IMG/VR virus record: IMGVR_UViG_3300037245_001762
Coordinates: 1 to 52,067 of that record
Origin: a virus
Taxonomy: Duplodnaviria; Caudoviricetes
Reading direction: 5' to 3' (one strand)
DNA: 52,067 nt
Each line of letters opens with the position of its first letter. Positions within the stretch are counted from its first letter, which is position 1. The notes beneath the pieces were generated by a model. That model was not told the origin of the DNA. It did no database searches and saw only the letters and a program-made list of their open reading frames with translations. The translations under genes and the position numbers were made by a program. Positions 1 through 9,861 of the stretch are shown piece after piece.

Positions 1-180
1 TACCCAACCAAACCCATTAGCCTTATTAGATTCTTTTTTACTCTGTAATTCTATACTGGAGAGTGCTCTTATTAGATGTGATAATGTCTTAGTTTTAACA
101 TGATATTCCACTAGTATTATATTAAGTTCCCGTTTGGTTGACTCCACAACAGTTTCATCCACACCATCATTTTCTGTCAT
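1..180 (-). CDS. Hypothetical protein, runs off the left edge
   Basis: ATG at 180 reads MTENDGVDETVVESTKRELNII... with no stop to position 1; TTAAATA-like TATA box ~25 nt upstream. Confidence 0.55.
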   Translation of the reverse strand, partial: MTENDGVDETVVESTKRELNIILVEYHVKTKTLSHLIRALSSIELQSKKESNKANGFGWV

Positions 181-335
181 AGGATATTACTTGTTAGATA
201 CTACTATTTAAGATTTAAAGAACTGAATTAATCTAAAATGACACTTTTACCTCTCCACATGTAAAAAATTAACAGACCAAAAACAAGATGATGAAATTCA
301 AGAGTTAAAAAAATGATTAAAATCGAAATAAAACT

Positions 336-2612
336 TTATGTGGAATAAAACTTTACAAGTCTGGTAACACCATTGATTTTTATTTGAGCAGCACCTATTG
401 CACTTCCTATAGGCACAGATGCAGAAGTGCCAAAATCAATGGTATTGGCTCCATCCATATCAAAATCATTAAAAACTCTAATGTCTCCGGTAGGGTTCAT
501 AACTATATCCCCACCAGGTGTTAAATCAACATCTGTACCTGGGGATAATTGCACATCATTAACAGGATTAAAAATCCAATTATTGTTGTTTCCATCGTAT
601 CGTGCAACTTCTGTTCCTGCCTCTGCAAATATGAGTTCTTCATTACTTGGAACATCGAGAGTAGTTATCGATGCACTTGTGTTTTGAATTTGAAAACCGT
701 TTGCAAGTATAATATTAGCTGGATTTAGAATATCGTTAGAATCAATGTCAAGATCTACTCCAAACAACCATTCAGATAAATCAACAGTAGATACAGTTAA
801 CCCATCTAATACAAAACTAAATGCCCCCGTACCCGTATCAACTACAGATATGGAACTATCACCAGCCACAATTTGACTAGGTATACTAGTTGCTGCCTCT
901 AAATCTGAAATTATCCATGCTGTATCCCCATCATTTCTTCTTTGGAAACTTAACCGATTAGTTGCTGTATTGAAAAACACTTGTCCTTGTGTAATTAATC
1001 CTGGAACTGTTGGAGTAACTATATGCTGATATTGAACATAAAGATCATTTAGGAAAAAGCCATCAATGTCTAATGATGCAAAAATATTAGTTCCGTCCCT
1101 CCATCTAAAACTATCATTTGGTGGAGTATCAAATATCATACCTGTTACATCGTCTTGTATAATATTACCAAGTATGCTAAACCCAATTTGGGGAGTTCGA
1201 ATAAAATTAAGACCTTGCATAACAATACCATCACTGGTGATACGTACAATAGGTTCAACACCTACAAGAAATTCATGTTGGGTTGCAGTTGTTGTATATT
1301 GTAAAGTTGCTGTGCCTTGAAAAATACTACCACCACTACCACTTGTTGTTTCAGATAAATTAATTCCAGAAGATAAAACACCTACAAGATCCAACATTGT
1401 GTTATTAGATGATTCTGATAATTTCATCAGTAATGTGTTTTCTTCTGTCCATTGAAATTCCCCATCATTTAGAATGTTTGCCCTAAATCCTCCAGAACCT
1501 AATGCACCAAACCCAACGTTAACACTGTCGAGAGTTCCAATAGTTGACTGGAATGCTAGTTGGTCTACATTGTAAACATCAAATGTATTCACATTAAGAT
1601 CTACACCTAATATTAAATCAGTTGCATCTAATGCAAATGCAAATGATGTTACTCCTGCATCGATTATTAATCTAGTTGGTGTAACTAGGATTGAATCACC
1701 TCCAATTCCTTTGCCTTGAGATAATGAAAATGTTTGGTCTGGATCTATAGAGTCTTGAGCTCGAAGTAAAAGTCCAACACTTCCTCCTTGACCTGAATCT
1801 GTAATGTCAATTCTGCTTAGAACACTATCTGTTTTTATTTCAACATTTCCTGTATTAAATGGATTTCTTGCACTAAGCATTATCTGGTCACTAGCAAATC
1901 TGATAAACCCATCATCTGCAAACGGTCCTGTAGAACCAAATTCTAAATTGACTTTAGCTTCCCATTCACTGGTAATATTATTCCATTCTATGTGTTGGTT
2001 CTCTATTGTACCATCTGGAATGTTTGAACCACCACCTCCACCAACACTACCTGTTGTTATAACTCTCCAAGTTCCTCCAGTGTTACCAAATATTACAAGT
2101 TTAGCATCAAACATTAATGTCATTATTTTTAAATTACCTACTGTAAAATCATTCTCGTCTAATGTTTGTATGTTTCCACCATTAGCTAATGTGGCTTGTC
2201 TTATGTTAAATGTTCCAGGTCCAAATGTCTTTAAATACATTAATTGTCCGTCAAAGGCTGCACCTGCAATTATATCCAGGTTGGAAGAACCTACTGGAAA
2301 CACCAATATGTTACTGGAGAACGTTTCTGTGTCACTACCTATATTTATTGTATTAAAGGCATCTATCTCCACATCCGCTTCTGGTGAGTTGAATCCTTGT
2401 GGACCATTCATAGCATCACCAGCACGTTTAAGATAATCTGGTGAATTTTCCTTAGCTTGACTTCCTTTATTTATACCAGATAATGAAGCGTTTGCTGAAC
2501 TTATTCCGGAGAAGTTCTCACGATTTACACCGTAAAATCTTTTACGATCTTGCCGTGTGTTCTTTACTATGTCTAATGATGTCTCTCTTAGTTCTGCTTT
2601 ACTTCCAGTCAC
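336..2612 (-). CDS. Putative tail fibre / virion adhesin
   Basis: 758 aa, rich in G/T/D/N beta-strand segments, GGGGGS linker, C-terminal IKINGVTRLVKFY tip typical of fibre proteins. Confidence 0.55.
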   Translation of the reverse strand: MTGSKAELRETSLDIVKNTRQDRKRFYGVNRENFSGISSANASLSGINKGSQAKENSPDYLKRAGDAMNGPQGFNSPEADVEIDAFNTINIGSDTETFSSNILVFPVGSSNLDIIAGAAFDGQLMYLKTFGPGTFNIRQATLANGGNIQTLDENDFTVGNLKIMTLMFDAKLVIFGNTGGTWRVITTGSVGGGGGSNIPDGTIENQHIEWNNITSEWEAKVNLEFGSTGPFADDGFIRFASDQIMLSARNPFNTGNVEIKTDSVLSRIDITDSGQGGSVGLLLRAQDSIDPDQTFSLSQGKGIGGDSILVTPTRLIIDAGVTSFAFALDATDLILGVDLNVNTFDVYNVDQLAFQSTIGTLDSVNVGFGALGSGGFRANILNDGEFQWTEENTLLMKLSESSNNTMLDLVGVLSSGINLSETTSGSGGSIFQGTATLQYTTTATQHEFLVGVEPIVRITSDGIVMQGLNFIRTPQIGFSILGNIIQDDVTGMIFDTPPNDSFRWRDGTNIFASLDIDGFFLNDLYVQYQHIVTPTVPGLITQGQVFFNTATNRLSFQRRNDGDTAWIISDLEAATSIPSQIVAGDSSISVVDTGTGAFSFVLDGLTVSTVDLSEWLFGVDLDIDSNDILNPANIILANGFQIQNTSASITTLDVPSNEELIFAEAGTEVARYDGNNNNWIFNPVNDVQLSPGTDVDLTPGGDIVMNPTGDIRVFNDFDMDGANTIDFGTSASVPIGSAIGAAQIKINGVTRLVKFYST

Positions 2613-2637
2613 AAACTATTTATATGTGTGGTGGTAC

Positions 2638-2952
2638 TTAAATATTATATGCACCACGATTATAGGTTGTCTCATATCTACCACATATCCCTATGCATTC
2701 TCTTGATGTCTTTACCTGTAGCTTCTTTGATAATATCTGCAAGAACAGCAGTAACAAAAATTCACGAAAAGCTTGATATTTTTTGAATTCAGATATAATT
2801 CCATCTACTATCTCTTGATTCTCTAATATTTGTTTTCGTATCTCTTCCATGTCTTGTTCGGAATCTGCTTTTTCACTATTAATTTCAAAACACCAAACTT
2901 TATCGTGCCAAATACCCATATCGTCTTTTGTTAGTTTGATTTGTTCAGTCAT
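2638..2952 (-). CDS. Hypothetical protein, probable frameshift near 2756-2760
   Basis: ORF track; the -1 frame gives ...ADIIKEATGKDI, matching the C-terminus of 5417..5968. Confidence 0.5.
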   Translation of the reverse strand: MTEQIKLTKDDMGIWHDKVWCFEINSEKADSEQDMEEIRKQILENQEIVDGIISEFKKYQAFREFLLLLFLQILSKKLQVKTSRECIGICGRYETTYNRGAYNI

Positions 2953-3277
2953 TTCTTTCCTTTAAAAGTTTAACGAAATCTTTATGGAATTTATTTTTAG
3001 AGTCATTCAACACTGCATATGCTATTTTCTGTTCATCATAGACAATCCTCTCAAAGTCTGGATGTTTACAATATACTATACTATCAAATATTCTATTACT
3101 ATTCTCCTCAATGTTCTTCTCATATGTCTTTATGTCATATCTAGAGAAGGCTAGAAAGTAACCATCACACCATAATAATGGTGAGGAACCTGCCATATAT
3201 ATTAAAAAATTCTCAAGATCATACTCTACCAAATTATTACAGGTTATTATTTTTGTGTCTTTTACTATAAATTCCAA
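2945..3277 (-). CDS. Hypothetical protein
   Basis: 110-aa ORF with TTTATATT box ~25 nt upstream. Confidence 0.55.
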   Translation of the reverse strand: MEFIVKDTKIITCNNLVEYDLENFLIYMAGSSPLLWCDGYFLAFSRYDIKTYEKNIEENSNRIFDSIVYCKHPDFERIVYDEQKIAYAVLNDSKNKFHKDFVKLLKERND

Positions 3278-3309
3278 TGATTTTCTAAAAAAAGAATTAT
3301 AATATAAAC

Positions 3310-3480
3310 CTATTCTTTAGGTGCTTTGTGACCACAAGCTCTGCATCTTATTTCATCCTCTTGTATAGGTCTAGCATCTACCGATAATGTATCAAAGGTT
3401 ATTACATCTACTTGATCAGAACTACATGATGCACATAGTGGTTTTGTTTCTTTTTTCTTTTTTGCTGGTTTTCTAGCCAA
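3310..3480 (-). CDS. Small Zn-ribbon protein (TFS/TFIIS C-terminal-like spacing)
   Basis: Manual translation: MARKPAKKKKETKPLCASCSSDQVDVITFDTLSVDARPIQEDEIRCRACGHKAPKE; two CxxC pairs. Confidence 0.6.
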   Translation of the reverse strand: MARKPAKKKKETKPLCASCSSDQVDVITFDTLSVDARPIQEDEIRCRACGHKAPKE

Positions 3481-3518
3481 TATTGTTTTAGTAACATTGT
3501 TATATTTATAGTTTTAAA

Positions 3519-3596
3519 GTACGGAATACAAGTGCAACACTTGTATCTCATTACTGGTGTGTAATGTATTTTCTCATTTTTAAACTAATTCCGTAC
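3519..3596 (-). ncRNA. Candidate structured small RNA (three-way junction)
   Basis: 9-bp closing inverted repeat GTACGGAAT/ATTCCGTAC enclosing hairpins ACAAGTG-CAA-CACTTGT and CATTAC-N6-GTAATG. Confidence 0.4.
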
Positions 3597-3800
3597 CATA
3601 CACACATATATCAGTTATATTAATGTTTGACTTATACTCTATGTTGCTCATCAATATGTCTTCGTTTATCTTTTTTATTCAGGCAAATCTTATTGCATAT
3701 TTGACACTTTGTTTTCCATCTATACACGTTAAAATAACTCATTATTGTTTTCCACCACACGTGTTCATAAACGTATAATTACTTCATAATATAAACCTAA

Positions 3801-4445
3801 TTATGGATATGGTAATACCTTCCATTTTAACTTGCCTATATAGTGTTTTCTTTTACGTGCTGAACAGTTAAAATAAATATATCTGTGTTTTCTGCTTGAT
3901 CTAGTACATTTTAACCTATCACCATACATGTTTCTTAATTCTTCCATAGAATGGTGATCTGTGAGATGTCTTGCGTGTTTTGAAACACCATCTATACTCC
4001 ACTCCTTTGTTTCTGCAGACAATCCTGTGTATAAGAAGTTAGTCGCTTGATATATAGTACCTGTGTGGCTTTCAGCCTGATCCGCGTAACTTACTATTAT
4101 AGAGTAGGGTAGTTTTTTAATAGTATTACCTATAAAAAACGATTCAACGTTTGAGGGTGTATTATCCTCTATATATAATCTATTAAGTTCTATTACATCC
4201 TTAAAGTGTTCCTCTCCACATATTGTCTTGCACAGTGGTGGACTAGGTGGTATACCATATGTTATTACACCAATCATTCTATCCTGTGAAAACCCAAATG
4301 ATGTGTTGTCTTTTTGTTCTCTGTCAAAAAGTCCAAAGGAGTATGTAATTGATGGTATCCTATGTAGATAGTGGTTATTAATCAGTTTGTCATATGCTTG
4401 TTTATTCTTTATTATGACAATATAGAACCTATCTGATAATTTCAT
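3801..4445 (-). CDS. Mom-like GNAT-fold DNA modification protein
   Basis: Motifs NNHYLHR, VIELNRL, IVSYADQAESHTGTIYQATNF and KHRYIY of the phage Mom-like family. Confidence 0.75.
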   Translation of the reverse strand: MKLSDRFYIVIIKNKQAYDKLINNHYLHRIPSITYSFGLFDREQKDNTSFGFSQDRMIGVITYGIPPSPPLCKTICGEEHFKDVIELNRLYIEDNTPSNVESFFIGNTIKKLPYSIIVSYADQAESHTGTIYQATNFLYTGLSAETKEWSIDGVSKHARHLTDHHSMEELRNMYGDRLKCTRSSRKHRYIYFNCSARKRKHYIGKLKWKVLPYP

Positions 4446-4735
4446 GAGTATATATCTGTTTTTGTTGTATTGGTTGGTTTTTTGCCACGTTTTAGTTTTT
4501 CTATATACTCTGGATGTTTATCCATGAATTTATTAAACATATAGAACCCCACACCTTCTTGGTACCTCTTTACAAGATCAATTTGTGATAATAAAAGTGC
4601 TTGATCAAGACTAGTATATTTTAACACACCTGTCAAGTGTAAAGCCTCAAACATATCAGGTGGAAGACTCTCAATATAATCGACAGATTCTAGATACTCG
4701 TCACCAATATATCTAGTCATTGTGGGTCTCCGCAA
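4442..4735 (-). CDS. Hypothetical protein
   Basis: ORF coupled to both neighbours; probable start at the internal Met (MTRYIGDE). Confidence 0.5.
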   Translation of the reverse strand: MRRPTMTRYIGDEYLESVDYIESLPPDMFEALHLTGVLKYTSLDQALLLSQIDLVKRYQEGVGFYMFNKFMDKHPEYIEKLKRGKKPTNTTKTDIYS

Positions 4736-5075
4736 AACTAACTTCGTCTATAAATATAAAGTCTGCTTTATTTGCTTCCTCTCTGTCACCATTGTTTGAC
4801 ACATATATTTTAACACCATCTGTAGGGAAAGCTTTTAGTGCATCTGACAGGTTCTTATGTCTCATTGTATTTGAACCATACTCTGCAAATATGGGATAAA
4901 TACTTTTACCATCATCATACTTTGGATAATACGGGCTAGGACTAACTATTACTATCTGATAGTCTTTAGACAGTCTTTCAAGTGTTGAGAGTTTAACTGG
5001 GCCGTTAATATATTGTGAATTTTCTTCCTTACACTCCAATGTTCCATCCGTATCAAAGCAGATCAAACCTAACAT
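4713..5075 (-). CDS. HAD-superfamily phosphatase-like protein
   Basis: Motif I FDTDGTL; hydrophobic strand ending in S (motif II); C-terminal NNGDREEA...FI. Confidence 0.65.
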   Translation of the reverse strand: MLGLICFDTDGTLECKEENSQYINGPVKLSTLERLSKDYQIVIVSPSPYYPKYDDGKSIYPIFAEYGSNTMRHKNLSDALKAFPTDGVKIYVSNNGDREEANKADFIFIDEVSFAETHND

Positions 5076-5110
5076 AAATATAATAGAACAGTGTGATATA
5101 ATATAAACGT

Positions 5111-5380
5111 TTATGTTAGTTGTCTTTTAATAAAGGCTTCGTTATCGGCACGCATGTCTGCCGTAATTTCACGTATATTTGATATTATACGTTCCAATCT
5201 AGACAATCTAACAGATTCACCATCAAATAGAACTGTATTAAGTAATGAGTCTTTAGTACATTCTTCTATAATCTCTTCTTTGGTAACTCGTTCCGCTTTC
5301 ATAACAGCAGTAAGTCCATTAACTGTCATGCGATATAACTCTTCATTACCTTTGAGTGCTCTAAATGTTTCTATATTCAT
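5111..5380 (-). CDS. Hypothetical protein
   Basis: 89-aa ORF with own TATA-like box. Confidence 0.5.
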   Translation of the reverse strand: MNIETFRALKGNEELYRMTVNGLTAVMKAERVTKEEIIEECTKDSLLNTVLFDGESVRLSRLERIISNIREITADMRADNEAFIKRQLT

Positions 5381-5416
5381 TAATAGTTTTAATGTAGTTG
5401 TGTAATATAAATGATT

Positions 5417-5968
5417 CTAAATGTCTTTACCTGTTAGTTTTTTAAATTCAGATGCTACTAATTCTGCTACTTTTAGTCTGTAATGATAACTTACTGCATA
5501 TTCATCGTCAGGTGTTGCGGTTAAATTATGAGGAATATGAAGATTCGATTCAATTATTTGTTTAAGTGCTCCGTATAATCTTGCATCTTCTTGGTTCTGC
5601 TCTATCTCTTCTAGACTACAAGGTAATTCATATTTCATACGTACACCATCTATTGACTCAATCATTATTAATCTTTTTATTTCTGTGTCTGTAATTGCTG
5701 GATACAACTTTTCTTCTAAGGCTAAACTGGCATTTACATTATCTGTTATATTCATTGTTTTGTATCCATCTTTCATGTAAACTTCATCTTCATGTAATTG
5801 ATGGGGATTCTTAGAGTCTTGTATCTGTTTGTTTAGTATCTTTCCTTGTGTCTTTTTTACTGCTTGGAGTATTTGTTCCAAGTCTTTTAATGATGGAATT
5901 GACCTCTCATCTAAATTGTATTTAATTATTTGTCCATCTGGATATATCTCGAATTTCATGAATACCAC
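5417..5968 (-). CDS. Hypothetical protein (NQE...TGKDI motif)
   Basis: ORF track; shares short motifs with 2638..2952. Confidence 0.5.
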   Translation of the reverse strand: MVFMKFEIYPDGQIIKYNLDERSIPSLKDLEQILQAVKKTQGKILNKQIQDSKNPHQLHEDEVYMKDGYKTMNITDNVNASLALEEKLYPAITDTEIKRLIMIESIDGVRMKYELPCSLEEIEQNQEDARLYGALKQIIESNLHIPHNLTATPDDEYAVSYHYRLKVAELVASEFKKLTGKDI

Positions 5969-6162
5969 TTACCAATTTTTCTAAAAGTTTCAGTTATTTC
6001 AGGGTCATTAATGTATTCAAGTAATAAATTGTCTGCAATTTTATGACCATTCTCAAAGTCGGCCTCATGATCAACGTTATACTCATGGTTTAATCTACTA
6101 CTATGTGCATGAGATTCATTTGGTAACTCTTTTAGTATTTTAATTAGTTCTTCTTTTTTCAT
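5956..6162 (-). CDS. Hypothetical phage protein
   Basis: DFENGHKIADNLLLEYI...KWYS pattern resembles small phage proteins. Confidence 0.55.
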   Translation of the reverse strand: MKKEELIKILKELPNESHAHSSRLNHEYNVDHEADFENGHKIADNLLLEYINDPEITETFRKIGKWYS

Positions 6163-6364
6163 TTTCCTCAGACGATTCTATCGTAGATATTGTTTATATA
6201 TTTGTTTCGAACACACCATAAGTTAATTAATAAAAACGATGATGTTCATAGATGCAAATCCCATCATCATTGATTCAAACAAAGTTTCGTGAAAAACAAT
6301 GTTCTAATAATATATACAATACACTCTAATTTAAACTTTTTAAAAAAAGAAAAAAGGGGTGGTA

Positions 6365-7294
6365 TTATCTACCTTGTTTGTTAATTCTGTCTATTACGTG
6401 TTCTAGTCTTTCTATGGTTTTACTCTTATGATCTATGATTCTTTCGAGTTTTTCTATTTCAGACGCATGCCATTCGGTTGTGACATTGCAGATGAAATTA
6501 CCGTGCTCGTCAATGATTTCTGATGTGTGTCCTACTGGACAACTGCCTTCTGGAATGATATACTTGTAGTCTATTACAGCTCCTCCACCACGATATTCTA
6601 CACCAAACTCATCTGTGTATATACCATGATAGAATACATCACCAGTAGTATCCCAAGTCATTGGCAAATTCACTGGTATATCTACACTCCAAGTACCATC
6701 TTCGTTTACGGTTGTAGTATCCATCACTAGATATTTACCATCAAGGAAGAATTCTACACCTGCCAGTTCACCACCAAACGGTAAACCATCTCTGAGTAGT
6801 GTACCAGAAAATATTAGTATTTGGTTTGTATATACAACACTACCAAATTCTTGTAAGGCTGTACCATTCACATAGGTTACTATATCAGTATTGATTGTAT
6901 ATGATGCTGATGCCGGAATTGTTGACACTGTATCAGATAATACAGAATTACCATCTGCGTTTGTCATAAACATTCTGAAAGAATATTCATGTCCTGCCTC
7001 TAGATCTGTAATGGTGATCTTACTAAATGATCTCTCACTATCAGGTAAACCCGGATCAGTTAAGATGGTCTCTGAAACTGTGTCGGTGAATGTCCCATCA
7101 TAGGAATATTCCACAGTATGAGATAACACAGGTAAAGAATCACTTGCATTTTGATATGCCCAAACAAGCACTGCATGATCTTGTGGCATTGCGAGAATAA
7201 GTGGATTCTGTGGCACATCTGCATATACAGCTGTTGTCGTTATCGAAGTCATTACTATTAGCATTGCTAATATTATTTTGTTATTTTTTGTCAT
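6365..7294 (-). CDS. Secreted protein with fibronectin type III domain
   Basis: Signal peptide MTKNNKIILAMLIV...VYA; FN3 signature ITDLEAGHEYSFRMFMTNADGNSVLS. Confidence 0.7.
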   Translation of the reverse strand: MTKNNKIILAMLIVMTSITTTAVYADVPQNPLILAMPQDHAVLVWAYQNASDSLPVLSHTVEYSYDGTFTDTVSETILTDPGLPDSERSFSKITITDLEAGHEYSFRMFMTNADGNSVLSDTVSTIPASASYTINTDIVTYVNGTALQEFGSVVYTNQILIFSGTLLRDGLPFGGELAGVEFFLDGKYLVMDTTTVNEDGTWSVDIPVNLPMTWDTTGDVFYHGIYTDEFGVEYRGGGAVIDYKYIIPEGSCPVGHTSEIIDEHGNFICNVTTEWHASEIEKLERIIDHKSKTIERLEHVIDRINKQGR

Positions 7295-7361
7295 TCATGA
7301 ACATAAATAATATAGGTATATAAATCTTTATTGCTATAATATGATATTCACACTATACTAA

Positions 7362-7838
7362 CTAAGGTAATATACTAGATTCATGTGTTCTATGAGTATC
7401 AACTATTATAATTATTAATCCATTCCAACTATTAGGAAAGGTATCCCAACTTGTAGTTTGGGCAACATTTCTCTGTGCTGTAAGTACATAAGTGTGTGAC
7501 CCTGCTGATAGATTTTTATCAAATCCTTCTATCTCAATGGGCATACCACCACCAGTGGCACTATCACTAGCTCCCTCTAAAAGTTCACCAGCTAAGTTAT
7601 CTTTTCTTATACGTCCTGTTGTATTAACGCTAAAAATACCATTTTGTACTGTTTCAACAAACAAAAATATATTACTATTAGGGGCAGTAGTATTAACCAC
7701 TATTGTATCAATAATTATTTCTGTCCCAAATCCAACACCTGTAATACCATCAGATAGTGCAGATACACTAACTTCTCTTGTTACATCATCTAAATTCCCT
7801 AAAAGTTTAGGTCTAGAATTGGGTGAAAATGCACTCAT
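7362..7838 (-). CDS. Putative virion structural protein (beta-rich)
   Basis: DKNLSAGSHTYVLTA pattern seen in fibre-tip domains. Confidence 0.4.
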   Translation of the reverse strand: MSAFSPNSRPKLLGNLDDVTREVSVSALSDGITGVGFGTEIIIDTIVVNTTAPNSNIFLFVETVQNGIFSVNTTGRIRKDNLAGELLEGASDSATGGGMPIEIEGFDKNLSAGSHTYVLTAQRNVAQTTSWDTFPNSWNGLIIIIVDTHRTHESSILP

Positions 7839-7898
7839 GATATAATATAAATGTGTATGATAGTATATAATGTTTTTTTGGGTGTATGGAAAGTGGGT

Positions 7899-8774
7899 TT
7901 ACTTTGCTACCCAACCTAGAATAGTACAGATGTATAGATCAGTGGTTGTATTGTCTACTTTCATTCTACCAATTTCATCTATACCATCACAGTCTACTAA
8001 TGGTGGTGTGCCTGAACTTGTGTCAAGTTGAATGTAACCTGATACCTGTAATGCAGAGTTTGGGGTTGATATTCCAAAGCCTATATTTCCATTATTACCA
8101 TATATTGTTGCTTCAAACTCTGGATTTGATTCATTATTTGTATTTGGAGAGTTTGTAAACCGAATTGATGTGGGATCATCTTTATCATATAATATTAGAC
8201 TTGCTCCATGGTCAATATATCCAGTTGATATCCTACCATAATCACCACCATGTCCAACACTGAATCCATCATTAATTGGTACATTAACATGTAGTGTATA
8301 TTCTGGAGTTGTAATTCCGATACCAACATTACCGTTTTTGAGTACAGTTAATGCGTTATGACGACTGTTGTAATTATCACCGTTACCAATTACAAACAGT
8401 GTGTCTGTATCAATCCAATTATTATTATTATAATCATCAGATATTTCATTATATTGCCCTAACACAACTGAGGAGTATGATTGTGCTACCGTACCATGAC
8501 CAAAGACAACTGATCCATCACCACTGGCAACAGTTGAATGACCAAAAGATGCGGAGTCTTTTCCATAGGCCGAAGTGCGGGAATTAAAACTTGTGGATGC
8601 ATAACCATCGGCTAGTGTGAGATAACCAAAAGCAGAAGCATCATGACCTGTTGCAATAGTGGTGGAATCATTATGTTTCTCTGAATCATCAGATGCAAAG
8701 GCAGAGGATGTTGTTAATATAATTGTAAATACTAAAGCTGTTACTATTAATGCTATTTTATTTTTTGTTGTCAT
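7899..8774 (-). CDS. Secreted adhesin-like protein with YadA-head-like repeats
   Basis: Likely start MTTKNKIALIV (signal peptide; TATA ~25 nt upstream); 14-aa A-x-G-x-x-S-x-x-F-G repeats; LFVIGNG..R.NALTVLKNGNVGIG. Confidence 0.65.
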   Translation of the reverse strand: MTTKNKIALIVTALVFTIILTTSSAFASDDSEKHNDSTTIATGHDASAFGYLTLADGYASTSFNSRTSAYGKDSASFGHSTVASGDGSVVFGHGTVAQSYSSVVLGQYNEISDDYNNNNWIDTDTLFVIGNGDNYNSRHNALTVLKNGNVGIGITTPEYTLHVNVPINDGFSVGHGGDYGRISTGYIDHGASLILYDKDDPTSIRFTNSPNTNNESNPEFEATIYGNNGNIGFGISTPNSALQVSGYIQLDTSSGTPPLVDCDGIDEIGRMKVDNTTTDLYICTILGWVAK

Positions 8775-9006
8775 TCGTGAATATGTGTTATACGTGTAAT
8801 ATAAACGTTTATACACATCATTGGTCATGTTATATATGATACCACATTACTGCAAGGTATTCCTATAGTCATTTTAGTTACAACCCTTACAAAATATAGT
8901 TAATGATTCACCTTCATCAGTATAGTAGAACTCATTTTCTTTAATTTCTCTACCACATACATGACATTCTAAAATCTCAGAAATCCACCCATTCATTTTA
9001 GAATCT

Positions 9007-9345
9007 CTAACCATGATTCATGAGACTCCTTAGATTCCTCAATCCTTTTGATGTTTTTTGTCTGAAATGAATACTCCTAATGTCACTCCACAGAAATTGA
9101 TTATCTAAAAACCATTCACCTGGACTGTCTAGGTATAATTTTATTTTTTCAATCTCATCTTGTTTAGTCTTACATTCTCTTTGTGCTAATTCAGGTATAT
9201 CTTTCCAACCATGTTTAACTACCATATGTTTTCTAATGGATTGAGAATTATTAAATACCTCACCCCTACATACATTTCCAGTATTAGACCAATCCAAATC
9301 TAAATGACATATTAGAATAGATTTTGGAGAAAGACGTTCTTTCAT
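9007..9345 (-). CDS. Hypothetical protein with C2H2-like Zn finger
   Basis: C...CRGEVF..SQSIRKHMVVKH. Confidence 0.45.
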   Translation of the reverse strand: MKERLSPKSILICHLDLDWSNTGNVCRGEVFNNSQSIRKHMVVKHGWKDIPELAQRECKTKQDEIEKIKLYLDSPGEWFLDNQFLWSDIRSIHFRQKTSKGLRNLRSLMNHG

Positions 9346-9482
9346 TTTTGAACCTCAAAAAAGTGAAGATATAAAAAAGTCATTATTAGATATTTTTTAT
9401 AAAGAGACAATATTTAAACCTTACTCAATATGGATAAAGTGTCTTTTATCGGTTAAGAAAAAAAAGAAAAGAGTGTTGCTCG

Positions 9483-9824
9483 CTAATCAAGCACTCTCTT
9501 AATTTGGTTTTCAAGTACATCCCATTCTCTTTCTTGAAGAATGGCATAAGTGCCTTTGGGAATAACTTGTGTTGCATGTTCTTGATGTACGAGTTTTGTA
9601 TCTTGTGGTACCTCAACGTATTTCTGTATTGAGACAAACTCGTCTCTCACAGGAATAGTATCGTTTTCTGTTGGTTCATACACTAGAACTTGTCCGTTAA
9701 ACGTATGATGATGTCCAGTTTGTTCACCATACATGACGGTTTTTGTATCTAAGAGTTTTGCAGATTTGGGAATTGATTTAATTTCCCTAGGATCCACATC
9801 TCCCTGTATTGTTAAGAAAGTCAT
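9483..9824 (-). CDS. Small His-rich protein, the usual partner of DUF6745 proteins
   Basis: QGDV, GEQTGHHH, HQEH, QEREW motifs. Confidence 0.7.
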   Translation of the reverse strand: MTFLTIQGDVDPREIKSIPKSAKLLDTKTVMYGEQTGHHHTFNGQVLVYEPTENDTIPVRDEFVSIQKYVEVPQDTKLVHQEHATQVIPKGTYAILQEREWDVLENQIKRVLD

Positions 9825-9861
9825 GATTGTAATAATTTCCTCATCTGAAATCTTTGAGTGA

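Noticed and set aside
6170-6300. Possible frameshifted membrane peptide
   Set aside because: Needs an indel and a non-standard start, with no independent support
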